IMG/VR virus record: IMGVR_UViG_3300032320_001595
Span: 17,612-81,611 of that record
Strand: one strand, 5' to 3'
Length of the DNA stretch: 64,000 nucleotides
DNA from: a virus
Lineage: Duplodnaviria > Caudoviricetes
The notes below the pieces were generated by a model. It saw only the letters and a list, made by a program, of their open reading frames with translations. It did no database searches and was not told the DNA's origin. Position numbers and translations under genes: made by a program. This document shows, in pieces, positions 54,488-63,992 of the stretch (positions are counted from its first letter, which is position 1; every line of letters begins with the position of its first letter).

Positions 54488-54500
54488 TGGTTTTTCCTAT

Positions 54501-57500
54501 CTACTCTAGGCCAATTATATCATTTATTTGAGAAGTGTTCTGGGGCGAGGTTCTTATTTGTCCTGAATATCCACCAGCAACCCATAGGCCGTTGCCGTAG
54601 GAGATTGAGGATATATTTGTAGTGCCAAAGTTTGAGGTCTGGGTTGTCCAGGTGACACCATTGGTTGAGGTACGCATTTGACCAGCATATCCACCAGCAA
54701 CCCATAGGCCGTTGCCGTAGGAGATTGAGGATATATTTGTAGTGCCAAAGTTTGAGTTTACAGTTGTCCAGGTTGTGGAATTGGTAGAAGTTCTCATTTG
54801 TCCAGAATCTCCAACAGCAATCCACAGCCCATTAGCATATGCGAGCGAACGTATGCTTCCTGAATTAAAGTTAGATGTTTGTGTAGTCCAGTTAATAGCA
54901 TCTGTTGATCTACGGAATGAATAATCAGTAAACCCAGCAGCCACCCAGATACCGTTGCCGTAGACGATAGATTGAACTTGTGTACTTCCAAAGTTTGAGG
55001 TTTGTGTTGTCCAGGTTACACCGTTGGTTGAGGTGCGGATTTGTCCACCAGTACTACCAGCAACCCACAAACTATTTCCATATGCTATCGTGGTAATAAT
55101 TGAGGTACCAAAGTTTGAGGTCTGGGTTGTCCAAGTAGCAGTGTCTGTTGATGTGCGGATTTCTCCTGCATTTCCACCAGCAACCCACAGGCCGTTGCCA
55201 TAGGCTATGGAGCGGATGATGGTGCTACCAAAGTTAGAGTTTTGGGTGGTCCAGGTGGTGCCATCGGTGGAGGTGCGGATTTGTCCTGTGTTTCCACCAG
55301 CAACCCACAGGCCGTTGCCGTAGTCTATGGACCGGATGGTCGTAGTGCCAAAGTTTGAGGTCTGGGTTGTCCAATTTACTCCAGTATTAACAGTATCTGG
55401 AGAACTATAAGTACTACTATTTGTGACGGTAGTCCATATAGTTAAATCAGTAGACGAATATACAGCATTATTTCCTTGAATTTGATAGGTGCTGCCAAAT
55501 TTTGCCATTTTTTGTAGGGAATCATTAATTAAAGAATAGGGCAAAGAGGTTCTTAATTGGCCTGCGTTACCTGCTGCTATCCATAGGCCATTGCCATAGG
55601 CTACGGAGCGGATTAAGGTAGTTCCAAAGTTAGAAGTTTGGGTTGTCCAAGTAACGCCATCGGTGGAGGTGCGAAGTTGCCCTTGCTCTGCTGATGCTAT
55701 CCATAAGCCGTTGCCATAGGCTATGGAGTGGATGGTGGTGCTACCAAAGTTAGAGTTTTGGGTGGTCCAGGCAACACCATTAGTGGAGGTTCTCAGTTGT
55801 CCTACAACGCCTCCTGCTATCCATAGGCCGTTGCCGTAGGCTACGGAGCGGATGCTGGTGCTACCAAAGTTAGAGGTTTGGGTTGCCCAGGTTATGGTGT
55901 CGGTGGACGTACGGATTTGGCCTGTGTATCCGCCTGCTATCCATAGGCCGTTGCCATAGGCTACGGAGTTGATGGTGGTGTTGCCAAAGTTAGAAACTAC
56001 TGATACCCAGGTTGTATTGTCTGTAGATGTTGAAATATTTCCTAAAGTAGTTACCACCACCCACCTATTACTATTATGCGCCACAGATGTAATACCGTTT
56101 GTAGTTAATCTATCTTCTCCGTCCCAGGTGACGCCATTGGTAGAGGTGCGGAGTTGTCCTGCGTTACCTCCTGCAATCCATAGGCCATTGCCATAGGCTA
56201 CGGAGAGGATGAGGCTAGAGCCAAAGTTGGAGGTTTGGGTAGTCCAGGTTACGCCATCGGTGGAGGTACGGATTTGGCCTGTGTAGCCTCCTGCAATCCA
56301 TAGGCCATTGCCATAGGCTACGGAGTTGATGATGGTATTTCCAAAGTTAGAGGTTTGGGTGGTCCAGGTAGTGCCATTGGTGGAGGTACGGATTTGACCT
56401 GTGTAGCCCCCTGCAATCCATAGACCGTTGCCGTAGGCTACGGAGTTGATGATGGTATTTCCAAAGTTAGAGGTTTGGGTGGTCCAGGTTGTGCCATTGG
56501 TGGAGGTGCGGATTTGGCCTCCGCTACCTCCTGCTATCCATAGGCCGTTGCCGTAGGCTACGGAGCGGATGGGGCTGCTAAAGTTAGAGGTTTGTGTGGT
56601 CCAGGTAACGCCATTGGTAGAGGTGCGTATGTCTCCTGTTAATGCGCCTGCTATCCATAGGCCGTTGCCGTAGGCGACGGAGGGGATTGCGTTGATGCTG
56701 CCGATGTTAGAGGTTCGGGTTGTCCAGGTAACGCCATCGGTGGAGGTGCGGATTTGGCCTCCACTACCTCCTGCTATCCATAGGCCGTTGCCATAGGCTA
56801 CGGAGTTGATGGGAGTGCTGCCAAAGTTAGAGGTTTGGGTGGTCCAGGTAACGCCATTGGTGGAGGTTCTCAGTTGTCCGGCGTAGCCTCCTACTATCCA
56901 TAAGCCGTTGCCATAGGCTACGGAGCGGATGGTGGTACCAAAGTTGGATGCTATTCCACTAGTTCCAATATTAAAATCTACTGTATTCCAAGTAATGGTG
57001 TCTGTGGAAGTTCTACCCTGACCACTATACGCACCTGCTATCCATACGCCATTGCCATAGGCTACGGAGTAGACGCTGACGCTGCCAAAGTTAGAGTTTT
57101 GCGTAGTCCAGGTTACGGTATTGGTGGAGGTGCGGATTTGACCTACACTTCCTACTGCTACCCATAGACCGTTGTTATAGCCTACGGAGAAAATTACACT
57201 ATTTCCAAAGTTAGAGGTTTGCTCTATCCAAGTAGCACCTTGAATCCCCCCAGATAAAGAACTAGCGAATACTTGAGTGACCCATGTACTTCCATCTGTT
57301 GACAGCCAAAATGTTCCAGAATTTGCAACGGCAAAAGCGGTGGAAGCAGTAGAAAACATTCCATTTACCGCCGTTGGTCCAGATACTGTTGTCCAAGTTT
57401 CTGCATTTGTTGAACTTAAAGTAGATGATGCTGATGAAAAGGCGTAAAAAGAATTATTAAAAGAATGTAATTTATAGTTGTTGGGCAGTATTGATGAGTT

Positions 57501-58577
57501 TTCAGAGGTACGGAGTTGACCGCTTGTGTATCCTCCTGCTATCCATAGACCGTTGCCATAGGCGACGGTAGTGATGACGGTGCCACCAAAGCCAGAAGTT
57601 TGGGTGGTCCAGGTAGTGCCATTGGTGGAGGTACGGATTTGACCTTGGTAGCCTCCTGCAATCCATAGGCTATTGCCATAGGCGACGGTAGTGATGCGGG
57701 TGTTGCCAAAGTTGGAGGTTTGGGTGGTCCAGGTAGTGCCATTGGTGGAGGTACGGATTTGACCTGTGTAGCCTCCTGCAATCCATAGGCCGTTGCCATA
57801 GGCTACGGTAGTGATGGTGGTGCTGCCAAAGTTGGAGGTTTGGGTAGTCCAGGTAGTGCCATTGGTGGAGGTACGGAGGGTGCCTCCGTTACCTCCTGCT
57901 ATCCATATGCCATTGCCATAGGCTACGGAGTAGACGCTGACGCTGCCAAAGTTAGAGGTCTGGGTTGTCCAGGTGACGCCATTGGTAGAGGTTCTCAGTT
58001 GTCCTATGACGCCTCCTGCTATCCATAGACCATTGCCATAGGCTACGGAAAAGATGGCGGTGTTGCCAAAGTTAGAGGTTTGCGTGGTCCAGGTCACGCC
58101 ATCGGTGGAGGTACGGATTTGGCCTGTGTATCCTCCTGCAATCCATAGGCCGTTGCCATAGGCTACGGAGCGGATTAGGGTAGTTCCAAAGTTAGAAGTT
58201 TGGGTTGTCCAGGTAGTGCCATTGGTGGAGGTACGGAGGGTTCCTCCGCTACCTGCTGCTATCCATAGGCCATTGCCATAGGCGACGGTAGTGATGCGGG
58301 TGTTTCCAAAGTTAGAGGTTTGGCTGGTCCAGGAAATTCCTAATCTATTATATATAGTATTAAATGTTCCTAAAGATTGTGTTCCTTGAAGTGATCTTAG
58401 AACTACTCCATTACTCAATACCGCCGACCAAATATTATTAGCATAAGCAATTGAATTAACGTTTCCACTAGTAACAGCGGAGGAAATAAAGGTAGTACTA
58501 TTGGTAGCATCTGGATCAAGGTTTATTGTTGCACTTGACCAAGTAATGCTATTTGTAGAATATCTAATTTCTGTCAT
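54501..58577 (-). CDS. Large beta-propeller repeat virion protein (28 repeats of 40 aa in blocks of 7+14+7)
   Basis: Repeat TSTNGxTWTTQTSNFGxxxIxSVAYGNGLWIAGGxxGQIR counted by hand; start ATG 58577 (or GTG 58586). Confidence 0.85.
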   Translation of the reverse strand: MTEIRYSTNSITWSSATINLDPDATNSTTFISSAVTSGNVNSIAYANNIWSAVLSNGVVLRSLQGTQSLGTFNTIYNRLGISWTSQTSNFGNTRITTVAYGNGLWIAAGSGGTLRTSTNGTTWTTQTSNFGTTLIRSVAYGNGLWIAGGYTGQIRTSTDGVTWTTQTSNFGNTAIFSVAYGNGLWIAGGVIGQLRTSTNGVTWTTQTSNFGSVSVYSVAYGNGIWIAGGNGGTLRTSTNGTTWTTQTSNFGSTTITTVAYGNGLWIAGGYTGQIRTSTNGTTWTTQTSNFGNTRITTVAYGNSLWIAGGYQGQIRTSTNGTTWTTQTSGFGGTVITTVAYGNGLWIAGGYTSGQLRTSENSSILPNNYKLHSFNNSFYAFSSASSTLSSTNAETWTTVSGPTAVNGMFSTASTAFAVANSGTFWLSTDGSTWVTQVFASSLSGGIQGATWIEQTSNFGNSVIFSVGYNNGLWVAVGSVGQIRTSTNTVTWTTQNSNFGSVSVYSVAYGNGVWIAGAYSGQGRTSTDTITWNTVDFNIGTSGIASNFGTTIRSVAYGNGLWIVGGYAGQLRTSTNGVTWTTQTSNFGSTPINSVAYGNGLWIAGGSGGQIRTSTDGVTWTTRTSNIGSINAIPSVAYGNGLWIAGALTGDIRTSTNGVTWTTQTSNFSSPIRSVAYGNGLWIAGGSGGQIRTSTNGTTWTTQTSNFGNTIINSVAYGNGLWIAGGYTGQIRTSTNGTTWTTQTSNFGNTIINSVAYGNGLWIAGGYTGQIRTSTDGVTWTTQTSNFGSSLILSVAYGNGLWIAGGNAGQLRTSTNGVTWDGEDRLTTNGITSVAHNSNRWVVVTTLGNISTSTDNTTWVSVVSNFGNTTINSVAYGNGLWIAGGYTGQIRTSTDTITWATQTSNFGSTSIRSVAYGNGLWIAGGVVGQLRTSTNGVAWTTQNSNFGSTTIHSIAYGNGLWIASAEQGQLRTSTDGVTWTTQTSNFGTTLIRSVAYGNGLWIAAGNAGQLRTSLPYSLINDSLQKMAKFGSTYQIQGNNAVYSSTDLTIWTTVTNSSTYSSPDTVNTGVNWTTQTSNFGTTTIRSIDYGNGLWVAGGNTGQIRTSTDGTTWTTQNSNFGSTIIRSIAYGNGLWVAGGNAGEIRTSTDTATWTTQTSNFGTSIITTIAYGNSLWVAGSTGGQIRTSTNGVTWTTQTSNFGSTQVQSIVYGNGIWVAAGFTDYSFRRSTDAINWTTQTSNFNSGSIRSLAYANGLWIAVGDSGQMRTSTNSTTWTTVNSNFGTTNISSISYGNGLWVAGGYAGQMRTSTNGVTWTTQTSNFGTTNISSISYGNGLWVAGGYSGQIRTSPQNTSQINDIIGLE
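54540..55380. repeat. 120-bp coding repeat block, 7 copies (older, more diverged)
   Basis: About 840 bp = 7 x 120. Confidence 0.85.
55545..57237. repeat. 120-bp coding repeat block, 14 copies (one degenerate)
   Basis: About 1690 bp; 14 blades counted in translation. Confidence 0.85.
57500..58340. repeat. 120-bp coding repeat block, 7 copies
   Basis: About 840 bp; columns align every two 60-nt lines. Confidence 0.88.
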
Positions 58578-58578
58578 T

Positions 58579-59778
58579 TTAATCACCGCCTACAAAATAT
58601 GAAGTAAAAGAACCTGCTGATGCAGAGGTTCTCAGGGGGCCTGTGCTTCCTCCTGCTATCCATAGGCCGTTGCCATAGGCTACGGTAGTGATGGTGGTGC
58701 TGCCAAAGTTGGAGGTTTGGGTAGTCCAGGTAGTGCCATTGGTGGAGGTACGGATTTGTCCTGCAACGCCTCCTGCTATCCATAGGCCGTTGCCGTAGGC
58801 TACGGAGTTGATGGCAGTGCTGCCAAAGTTAGAGGTTTGGGTGGTCCAGGTCACGCCATCGGTGGATGTACGGAGTTGACCGCTATCGCCTCCCACCATC
58901 CATAGACCGTTGCCATAGGCTACGGAGCGGATGACAGTGTTGCCAAAGTTGGAGGTTTGGGTAGTCCATGTGACGCCATTGGTGGAGGTACGGATTTGAC
59001 CTGTGTATCCGCCTGCTATCCATAGGCCGTTGCCATAGGCTACGGAGAGGATGGTGGTGTTGCCAAAGTTAGAGGTTTGGGTAGTCCAGGTAGTGCCATC
59101 GGTGGAGGTACGGAGTTGTCCGTATTCGCCTCCTGCAATCCATAGGCCGTTGCCATAGGCTACGGATTGGATGAAAGTGTTGCCAAAGTTGGAGGTTTGG
59201 GTAGTCCAGGTTGTGCCATTGGTGGAGGTACGTAGTTGGCCTGTGCTTCCTCCTGCTATCCATAGGCCGTTGCCATAGGCTACAGAGTTGATGGTAAAAT
59301 TACCAAAGTTAGAGGTTTGTGTGGTCCAGGTAACGCCATTGGTGGAGGTGCGGATTTGTCCGGTCTGTCCTCCTGCAATCCATAGGCCATTGCCATAGGA
59401 TACGGATTGGATGTTGGTGCTAACAAAGTTGGAGGTTTGGGTAACCCAAAAAACTCCAGCAGGTTGAGTATCACCTCCACCATATTCTACAACTTTAATA
59501 TTTCCTGTCATTCCTGTATTTACTGTTGTCCAAGATGTTAAATTGGTGGAGGAAAATAATTTACCACCTTCCGCTGCCACTAATGTAGTAGATGCTGATG
59601 AGATATATTCTATGTCGTTAATTGCACTACCGCCAGCATTAAATCCAGTTATTTGAGCGGTAGTGTTAGTTGAATCAATAGTATAAAGAAGTCCAGATTG
59701 GGTGCCAAAGAGGAACTGTCTTACCCCCGCCGATATTTTTTTAGAACTAGAAAGAATACCTACCCAAATACCACTCAT
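58579..59778 (-). CDS. Beta-propeller repeat virion protein (7 repeats of 40 aa plus degenerate blades)
   Basis: Same repeat as downstream ORF; short hydrophobic N-terminus MSGIWVGILSSS. Confidence 0.85.
   Translation of the reverse strand: MSGIWVGILSSSKKISAGVRQFLFGTQSGLLYTIDSTNTTAQITGFNAGGSAINDIEYISSASTTLVAAEGGKLFSSTNLTSWTTVNTGMTGNIKVVEYGGGDTQPAGVFWVTQTSNFVSTNIQSVSYGNGLWIAGGQTGQIRTSTNGVTWTTQTSNFGNFTINSVAYGNGLWIAGGSTGQLRTSTNGTTWTTQTSNFGNTFIQSVAYGNGLWIAGGEYGQLRTSTDGTTWTTQTSNFGNTTILSVAYGNGLWIAGGYTGQIRTSTNGVTWTTQTSNFGNTVIRSVAYGNGLWMVGGDSGQLRTSTDGVTWTTQTSNFGSTAINSVAYGNGLWIAGGVAGQIRTSTNGTTWTTQTSNFGSTTITTVAYGNGLWIAGGSTGPLRTSASAGSFTSYFVGGD
58625..59455. repeat. 120-bp coding repeat block, 7 copies
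   Basis: Exact 120-nt period visible at 58661, 58781, 58901, 59021, 59141, 59261, 59381. Confidence 0.9.
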
Positions 59779-62246
59779 ACTGTTAAATCACCTATAGCAA
59801 CCCAAGTATCTGTTCCACGTTTTATTAACGTAGCAGCAGACCATTGACCAACAAGTTTTGTCGCACCTCCGCTAGAGTTTAGGGTGACACCAGAAACATA
59901 TGATGCTGTTACTTGTCCTGCACCAGTCTGAAGTATATCAATTTTAGTTCCTGTTGGAAATGCTTGAGTTGAATTAAGTGGAATAACTAATGTTATTGGG
60001 CTAGCGTTATTTAATTCAACCAAGTCTCCAGCATCACTTAATACTAATGAATAAGATGTTCCAGACTGAGCATTAGTAATAATATTCATTGCAGTAGTTA
60101 TAGAGATCTGACCATTTTGTAAATCGGTTAGTGTAGCGCTTGCCGCACCAGTTACAATTCCTGTTAAATTAATTCCAATAATAGGATCGGGTTTATTTGT
60201 AACTCCATCCCAATTAATACTAGAGGCACTTGTTGAAAAACTAGTATTTGTTACAATAGATATTTGTCCATTTGCTAAGTCAGTAAGCGTTGCTGAAGCA
60301 GCGCCAGTAGTATTTCCAGTAAGTGAAACCCCTATTACTGGATCTGGCTTATTTGTAGTGTTACTCCAGTCAAGGTAATATGAACCCTGTTGATTATCTA
60401 ATAAATCAGCGTTAAGATTAGTAACAGTAACGCTAGAAGATACCTCAATTGTCCCTAATTGTAATGTTCCAAAAACAACACTTGGACTAGAATAATCTAT
60501 AACATTATCTACTGGGGGTGGGCCATTTTCTAATAATTTCCATTTATTCTGTGAGGCATCTCTTGCAAATGATGCATGGTAATGCCCAGCGGACGATGTT
60601 GTTCCGTCCCCGTAAGATCCAATAATACCAATATCTACTGCATCCGTCGTATATTGTTCATGGGCTAATTGAATCAATGAGTCTGTCAATGCTAGATTTG
60701 TAGTGCTTAATGTGACGGCGCTTCCAGTAATAACAAGATTTTTAATGTTAACCGTATCATGGAACGTTATTGTTCCTAATTTTTCTTGAACAGCGCTAGA
60801 ACTATTAATAAAGTATGAAGAATTAAATCCGTCTAGAGTGTCTGCATCCACCGCCGCACTTAATGGTCTATAGGTTGCGCTAGCATTTTCAATAGTGAGT
60901 CTTTGTCCTATTGCAGATGCAGATGAATTTAGTTGATGCTGTAGGTTAACTACTCCTGAGATGGCTATTGAACTAGCAGTTTGAGCAAATTCTGTTCTAG
61001 TAACTAATTGTATTTGTCCATTAGTTAAATTATTTAATGTAACTGATGCTGCACCAACTGTATTACCTGACAAAGATACACCAATAATTGGATCTGGTAT
61101 ATCTGTGACTCCGCTCCAATTTATAGAAGATGCAGTACTGGAGTGAGCAGCAAAATTAGTGGCGGTGGTGATAGAAACTTGACCATTATTTAATTGAGAT
61201 AATGTTACAGACCCAGATCCATTTGTATTACCTGTTAATTCAACACCTAAAATAGTATTAGGCTTACTTGTAATATTAAACCAATCAAGATAGAAAGATC
61301 CATGTTGACCATCAAGTAGATCGGCATCTATTCCTGATCCCGATCCGTCAACTTCTTGTATAGCCGTTGCAAGATTTTGATTAAGCCATAAACTAGCAGA
61401 TTGATTGTATGAAATTATATGGTTGTCTGCAATGCCATTTATTAAGACGTCATGTAGTTCACCTAACTCATAACCGTTCTGAACATTAACAAAAAGTTGA
61501 CCGTTGCCAGCATTTGCTCTTTCTACAACACCAATAAAAACTGTATGGTTTGGAGCAGAAGGTTTAACGCTAGTAAATTTACCAGCAGAAGCAGATAGCC
61601 ATAAAGTATCTCCAGGTGAATATGCACTTAAATTAAGTTTATCTACAACGCCAAATACAGTAACAAAACCTTGGCCTCCTGTTGTTATTGCCTCTGCCAC
61701 CACACCTAAAGTTTTAGCGGATGTGGGATCTGCTGTGTTAATTGCTTTTTTAACAGATGCTCTATCTCCTGACGCTCCAAATAAATAAACAACATCACCT
61801 TTAACAAGGGGGGAACCTTCAGCATTTGTTACATATGCATGAACATGCTGTCCGATATGAGCAGTAACGTTACCGCCGATTAAACCAACTTCTGGAGTAC
61901 CAAATGAAGAATTCCATTGGAATCTACCTACGCCTAGAGGTACTGTGCCAGAAAGATCAAGGTCTATAGCGCCAATAGAAAATATTCCAGAAGCACTTCT
62001 AGAAACTAGGGTATTGGGTATATTTAGGGGGGTTCCAGATGCTGATCCGCCTCCGCCACCACTATTTCCATCACCAATTAAAACCCAGGTTGAAGCGGAA
62101 GACCATGCATATAAACTACTAGCACTAATCCATAATTGACCAACGAAAGGATTTGAAGGGGACGCAGAGGAATAGTTAACAAGATTAGTAGAATCGCCAA
62201 CAATAAGGCCGTTCTTAACTTTAAAGTCTTTATCAATGCTAGCCAA
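59775..62246 (-). CDS. Tail fibre-like protein
   Basis: 823 aa Ser/Thr/Gly-rich; KDFKVKNGL N-terminus; ADLLDG..GS.YLD and PDPxIGVxLTGxxTGAASATLTxL repeats; shared C-terminal domain. Confidence 0.8.
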   Translation of the reverse strand: MASIDKDFKVKNGLIVGDSTNLVNYSSASPSNPFVGQLWISASSLYAWSSASTWVLIGDGNSGGGGGSASGTPLNIPNTLVSRSASGIFSIGAIDLDLSGTVPLGVGRFQWNSSFGTPEVGLIGGNVTAHIGQHVHAYVTNAEGSPLVKGDVVYLFGASGDRASVKKAINTADPTSAKTLGVVAEAITTGGQGFVTVFGVVDKLNLSAYSPGDTLWLSASAGKFTSVKPSAPNHTVFIGVVERANAGNGQLFVNVQNGYELGELHDVLINGIADNHIISYNQSASLWLNQNLATAIQEVDGSGSGIDADLLDGQHGSFYLDWFNITSKPNTILGVELTGNTNGSGSVTLSQLNNGQVSITTATNFAAHSSTASSINWSGVTDIPDPIIGVSLSGNTVGAASVTLNNLTNGQIQLVTRTEFAQTASSIAISGVVNLQHQLNSSASAIGQRLTIENASATYRPLSAAVDADTLDGFNSSYFINSSSAVQEKLGTITFHDTVNIKNLVITGSAVTLSTTNLALTDSLIQLAHEQYTTDAVDIGIIGSYGDGTTSSAGHYHASFARDASQNKWKLLENGPPPVDNVIDYSSPSVVFGTLQLGTIEVSSSVTVTNLNADLLDNQQGSYYLDWSNTTNKPDPVIGVSLTGNTTGAASATLTDLANGQISIVTNTSFSTSASSINWDGVTNKPDPIIGINLTGIVTGAASATLTDLQNGQISITTAMNIITNAQSGTSYSLVLSDAGDLVELNNASPITLVIPLNSTQAFPTGTKIDILQTGAGQVTASYVSGVTLNSSGGATKLVGQWSAATLIKRGTDTWVAIGDLTV

Positions 62247-62271
62247 GGTTCCCTATCCCCTCGTTTTATTA

Positions 62272-63960
62272 TTATGCATCTATTGCAGTACGGACTGCCT
62301 TAATTATAATATTTGTAGATGCAGCATCTGGAGATGAACCCGTTAATGATACTGTTCCGCCAGATTCGGTAGCGCTAAATGTTAGATTGGCAGCACCTGT
62401 TGCAGCATCCATTATTGAGTATTCTGATAGTGAAACATCTGTTCCATCCCACATAACAAGAATCTTTTCTACTGTCATTTTTGTGCCCTGCTTTGCTCTT
62501 ATCGTATATTCAGCGGTGGTGAATGAAGAGACAGCAAAAGTATCAATTGTTGTTGGGGTACTATTTGCTGTTATTGTGGCGGAAGAAGAAGTAATTCTGC
62601 CTTCTGGTAGGTCTACACCAGCAAATGTAGGGGTTGATGTAGTAGCAATATTTTGTGGAAGGCTAAGTACAACAGATGCACTTTCTACACCAGATCCTGC
62701 GACCAAAATTTGGCTTGGCGTGCCATATATGCCATCAACATAGTTACCTGTGGTATCTGTTCCAAGAGCAATAGAATTTGCAGCAATAGTAAGAGCAATA
62801 CTTGCACTATCAAGATTGGATACAGTACCTGTACCAGTAACATCGCCTGTAAAAACAAGATTAAAATCTTTTTCTACAGTTGCAGTCAGCGTGCCAGAGC
62901 CTAGATCTGTTAACGTTACATTGCCTGAAAGGTCGCCACCTAGAGTTATTGTTGGGTCTGGCTTATTAAGAATATTTGACCAATCTACATTAGCATCTAG
63001 TTCTCCCTTTGTTCCACTAAAAACTTCAGATGTATTTGTAGCATCTGGAATAAAGGTAAACTTGCCAGTAGAATCATCGAAACCAAAGAATCCAACTTTT
63101 GCAGAAGTTCCATTATGGTATCTAAATTCAATACCGCGATCTTTATTGTCATCTACAGTTGGAGCGGTGTCTCCACCAAGAGTAAAGATTGGATCATCAA
63201 TAGTAACTACTGTTGAATTAATAACAACTGTAGATCCTGAAATAACAAGATTTTCACCAACAGTTAGTGATCCCGCAATAGTTACATTATCTGGAAGACC
63301 TATCTGAATATTTCCAGTTGAGGCTGATACAGTAATTTCATTAGCCGTTCCACTAACAGATTGAACTCCAGACATTCCAAGAAGTTGAGATACTGAGTAC
63401 CCACCTAGATATTGTGAGTTAAGGTTATTAACCTGTACGGATGATGAAACTACTAATGGTGCGCCTGTAAGAGCAGTTGAAGTAATGGTATTGAAGGATA
63501 CATTTGCTGAAGTGGCTACGTCCTGACCAATTGATATTGCTGATACAGCACCTTCTCCTGCTGAAGAAGATACAGAAACACCTGTTCCTGCAGATATTCC
63601 AGCAATATAGTTGCCTGTTGTATCTGTTCCTAGTGCAATAGAATTTCCTGCAATTGTAGTAGCAATAGAAATTTGACCATTACCAAGATTTGTAAGTGTG
63701 GCGCTAGCAGCACCAGTAATGTCTCCAGTTAATTCAACCCCAATTACTGGATCAGGAACATTAGTGACATTGTTGAAATCTAGGTAGTAGGACCCATGCT
63801 TACCGTCTAAAAGATCGGCAGAAAGGTTGCCAACGTTTGCAGAAGATGTAACGGTAAACGGTGGAAGTGAAGATGTGGTGGATACAATCTGGACGCCTTG
63901 AACATTAGCGCCAGCCACCACACCATTCTTAACAACAAAGTCTTTATTTACAGTAGCCAT
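62272..63960 (-). CDS. Tail fibre-like protein, paralog of 59775-62246
   Basis: KDFVVKNGV N-terminus, same ADLLDG/PDPVIGV repeats, duplicated NSIALGTDTTGNY, DDNKDRGIEF motif, C-terminal TIDTF...AEY..RAKQG domain. Confidence 0.8.
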   Translation of the reverse strand: MATVNKDFVVKNGVVAGANVQGVQIVSTTSSLPPFTVTSSANVGNLSADLLDGKHGSYYLDFNNVTNVPDPVIGVELTGDITGAASATLTNLGNGQISIATTIAGNSIALGTDTTGNYIAGISAGTGVSVSSSAGEGAVSAISIGQDVATSANVSFNTITSTALTGAPLVVSSSVQVNNLNSQYLGGYSVSQLLGMSGVQSVSGTANEITVSASTGNIQIGLPDNVTIAGSLTVGENLVISGSTVVINSTVVTIDDPIFTLGGDTAPTVDDNKDRGIEFRYHNGTSAKVGFFGFDDSTGKFTFIPDATNTSEVFSGTKGELDANVDWSNILNKPDPTITLGGDLSGNVTLTDLGSGTLTATVEKDFNLVFTGDVTGTGTVSNLDSASIALTIAANSIALGTDTTGNYVDGIYGTPSQILVAGSGVESASVVLSLPQNIATTSTPTFAGVDLPEGRITSSSATITANSTPTTIDTFAVSSFTTAEYTIRAKQGTKMTVEKILVMWDGTDVSLSEYSIMDAATGAANLTFSATESGGTVSLTGSSPDAASTNIIIKAVRTAIDA

Positions 63961-63992
63961 ACGAACCTCACAAAAGATGAATTTGTAATAAA

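Noticed and set aside
54540-59455. 120-bp repeats as a CRISPR array or a diversity-generating retroelement (DGR) target
   Set aside because: The repeats are in-frame coding units with no repeat-spacer alternation. Variation is not adenine-restricted, and no reverse transcriptase or TR/VR pair is in the window.
54520-59483. Short alternative-frame ORFs within the propeller genes
   Set aside because: Periodic stop-free windows produced by the repeats.
61504-63307. Plus-strand ORFs opposite fibre genes (also 24138-24566 and 45007-45354)
   Set aside because: Antisense shadows of low-complexity genes.
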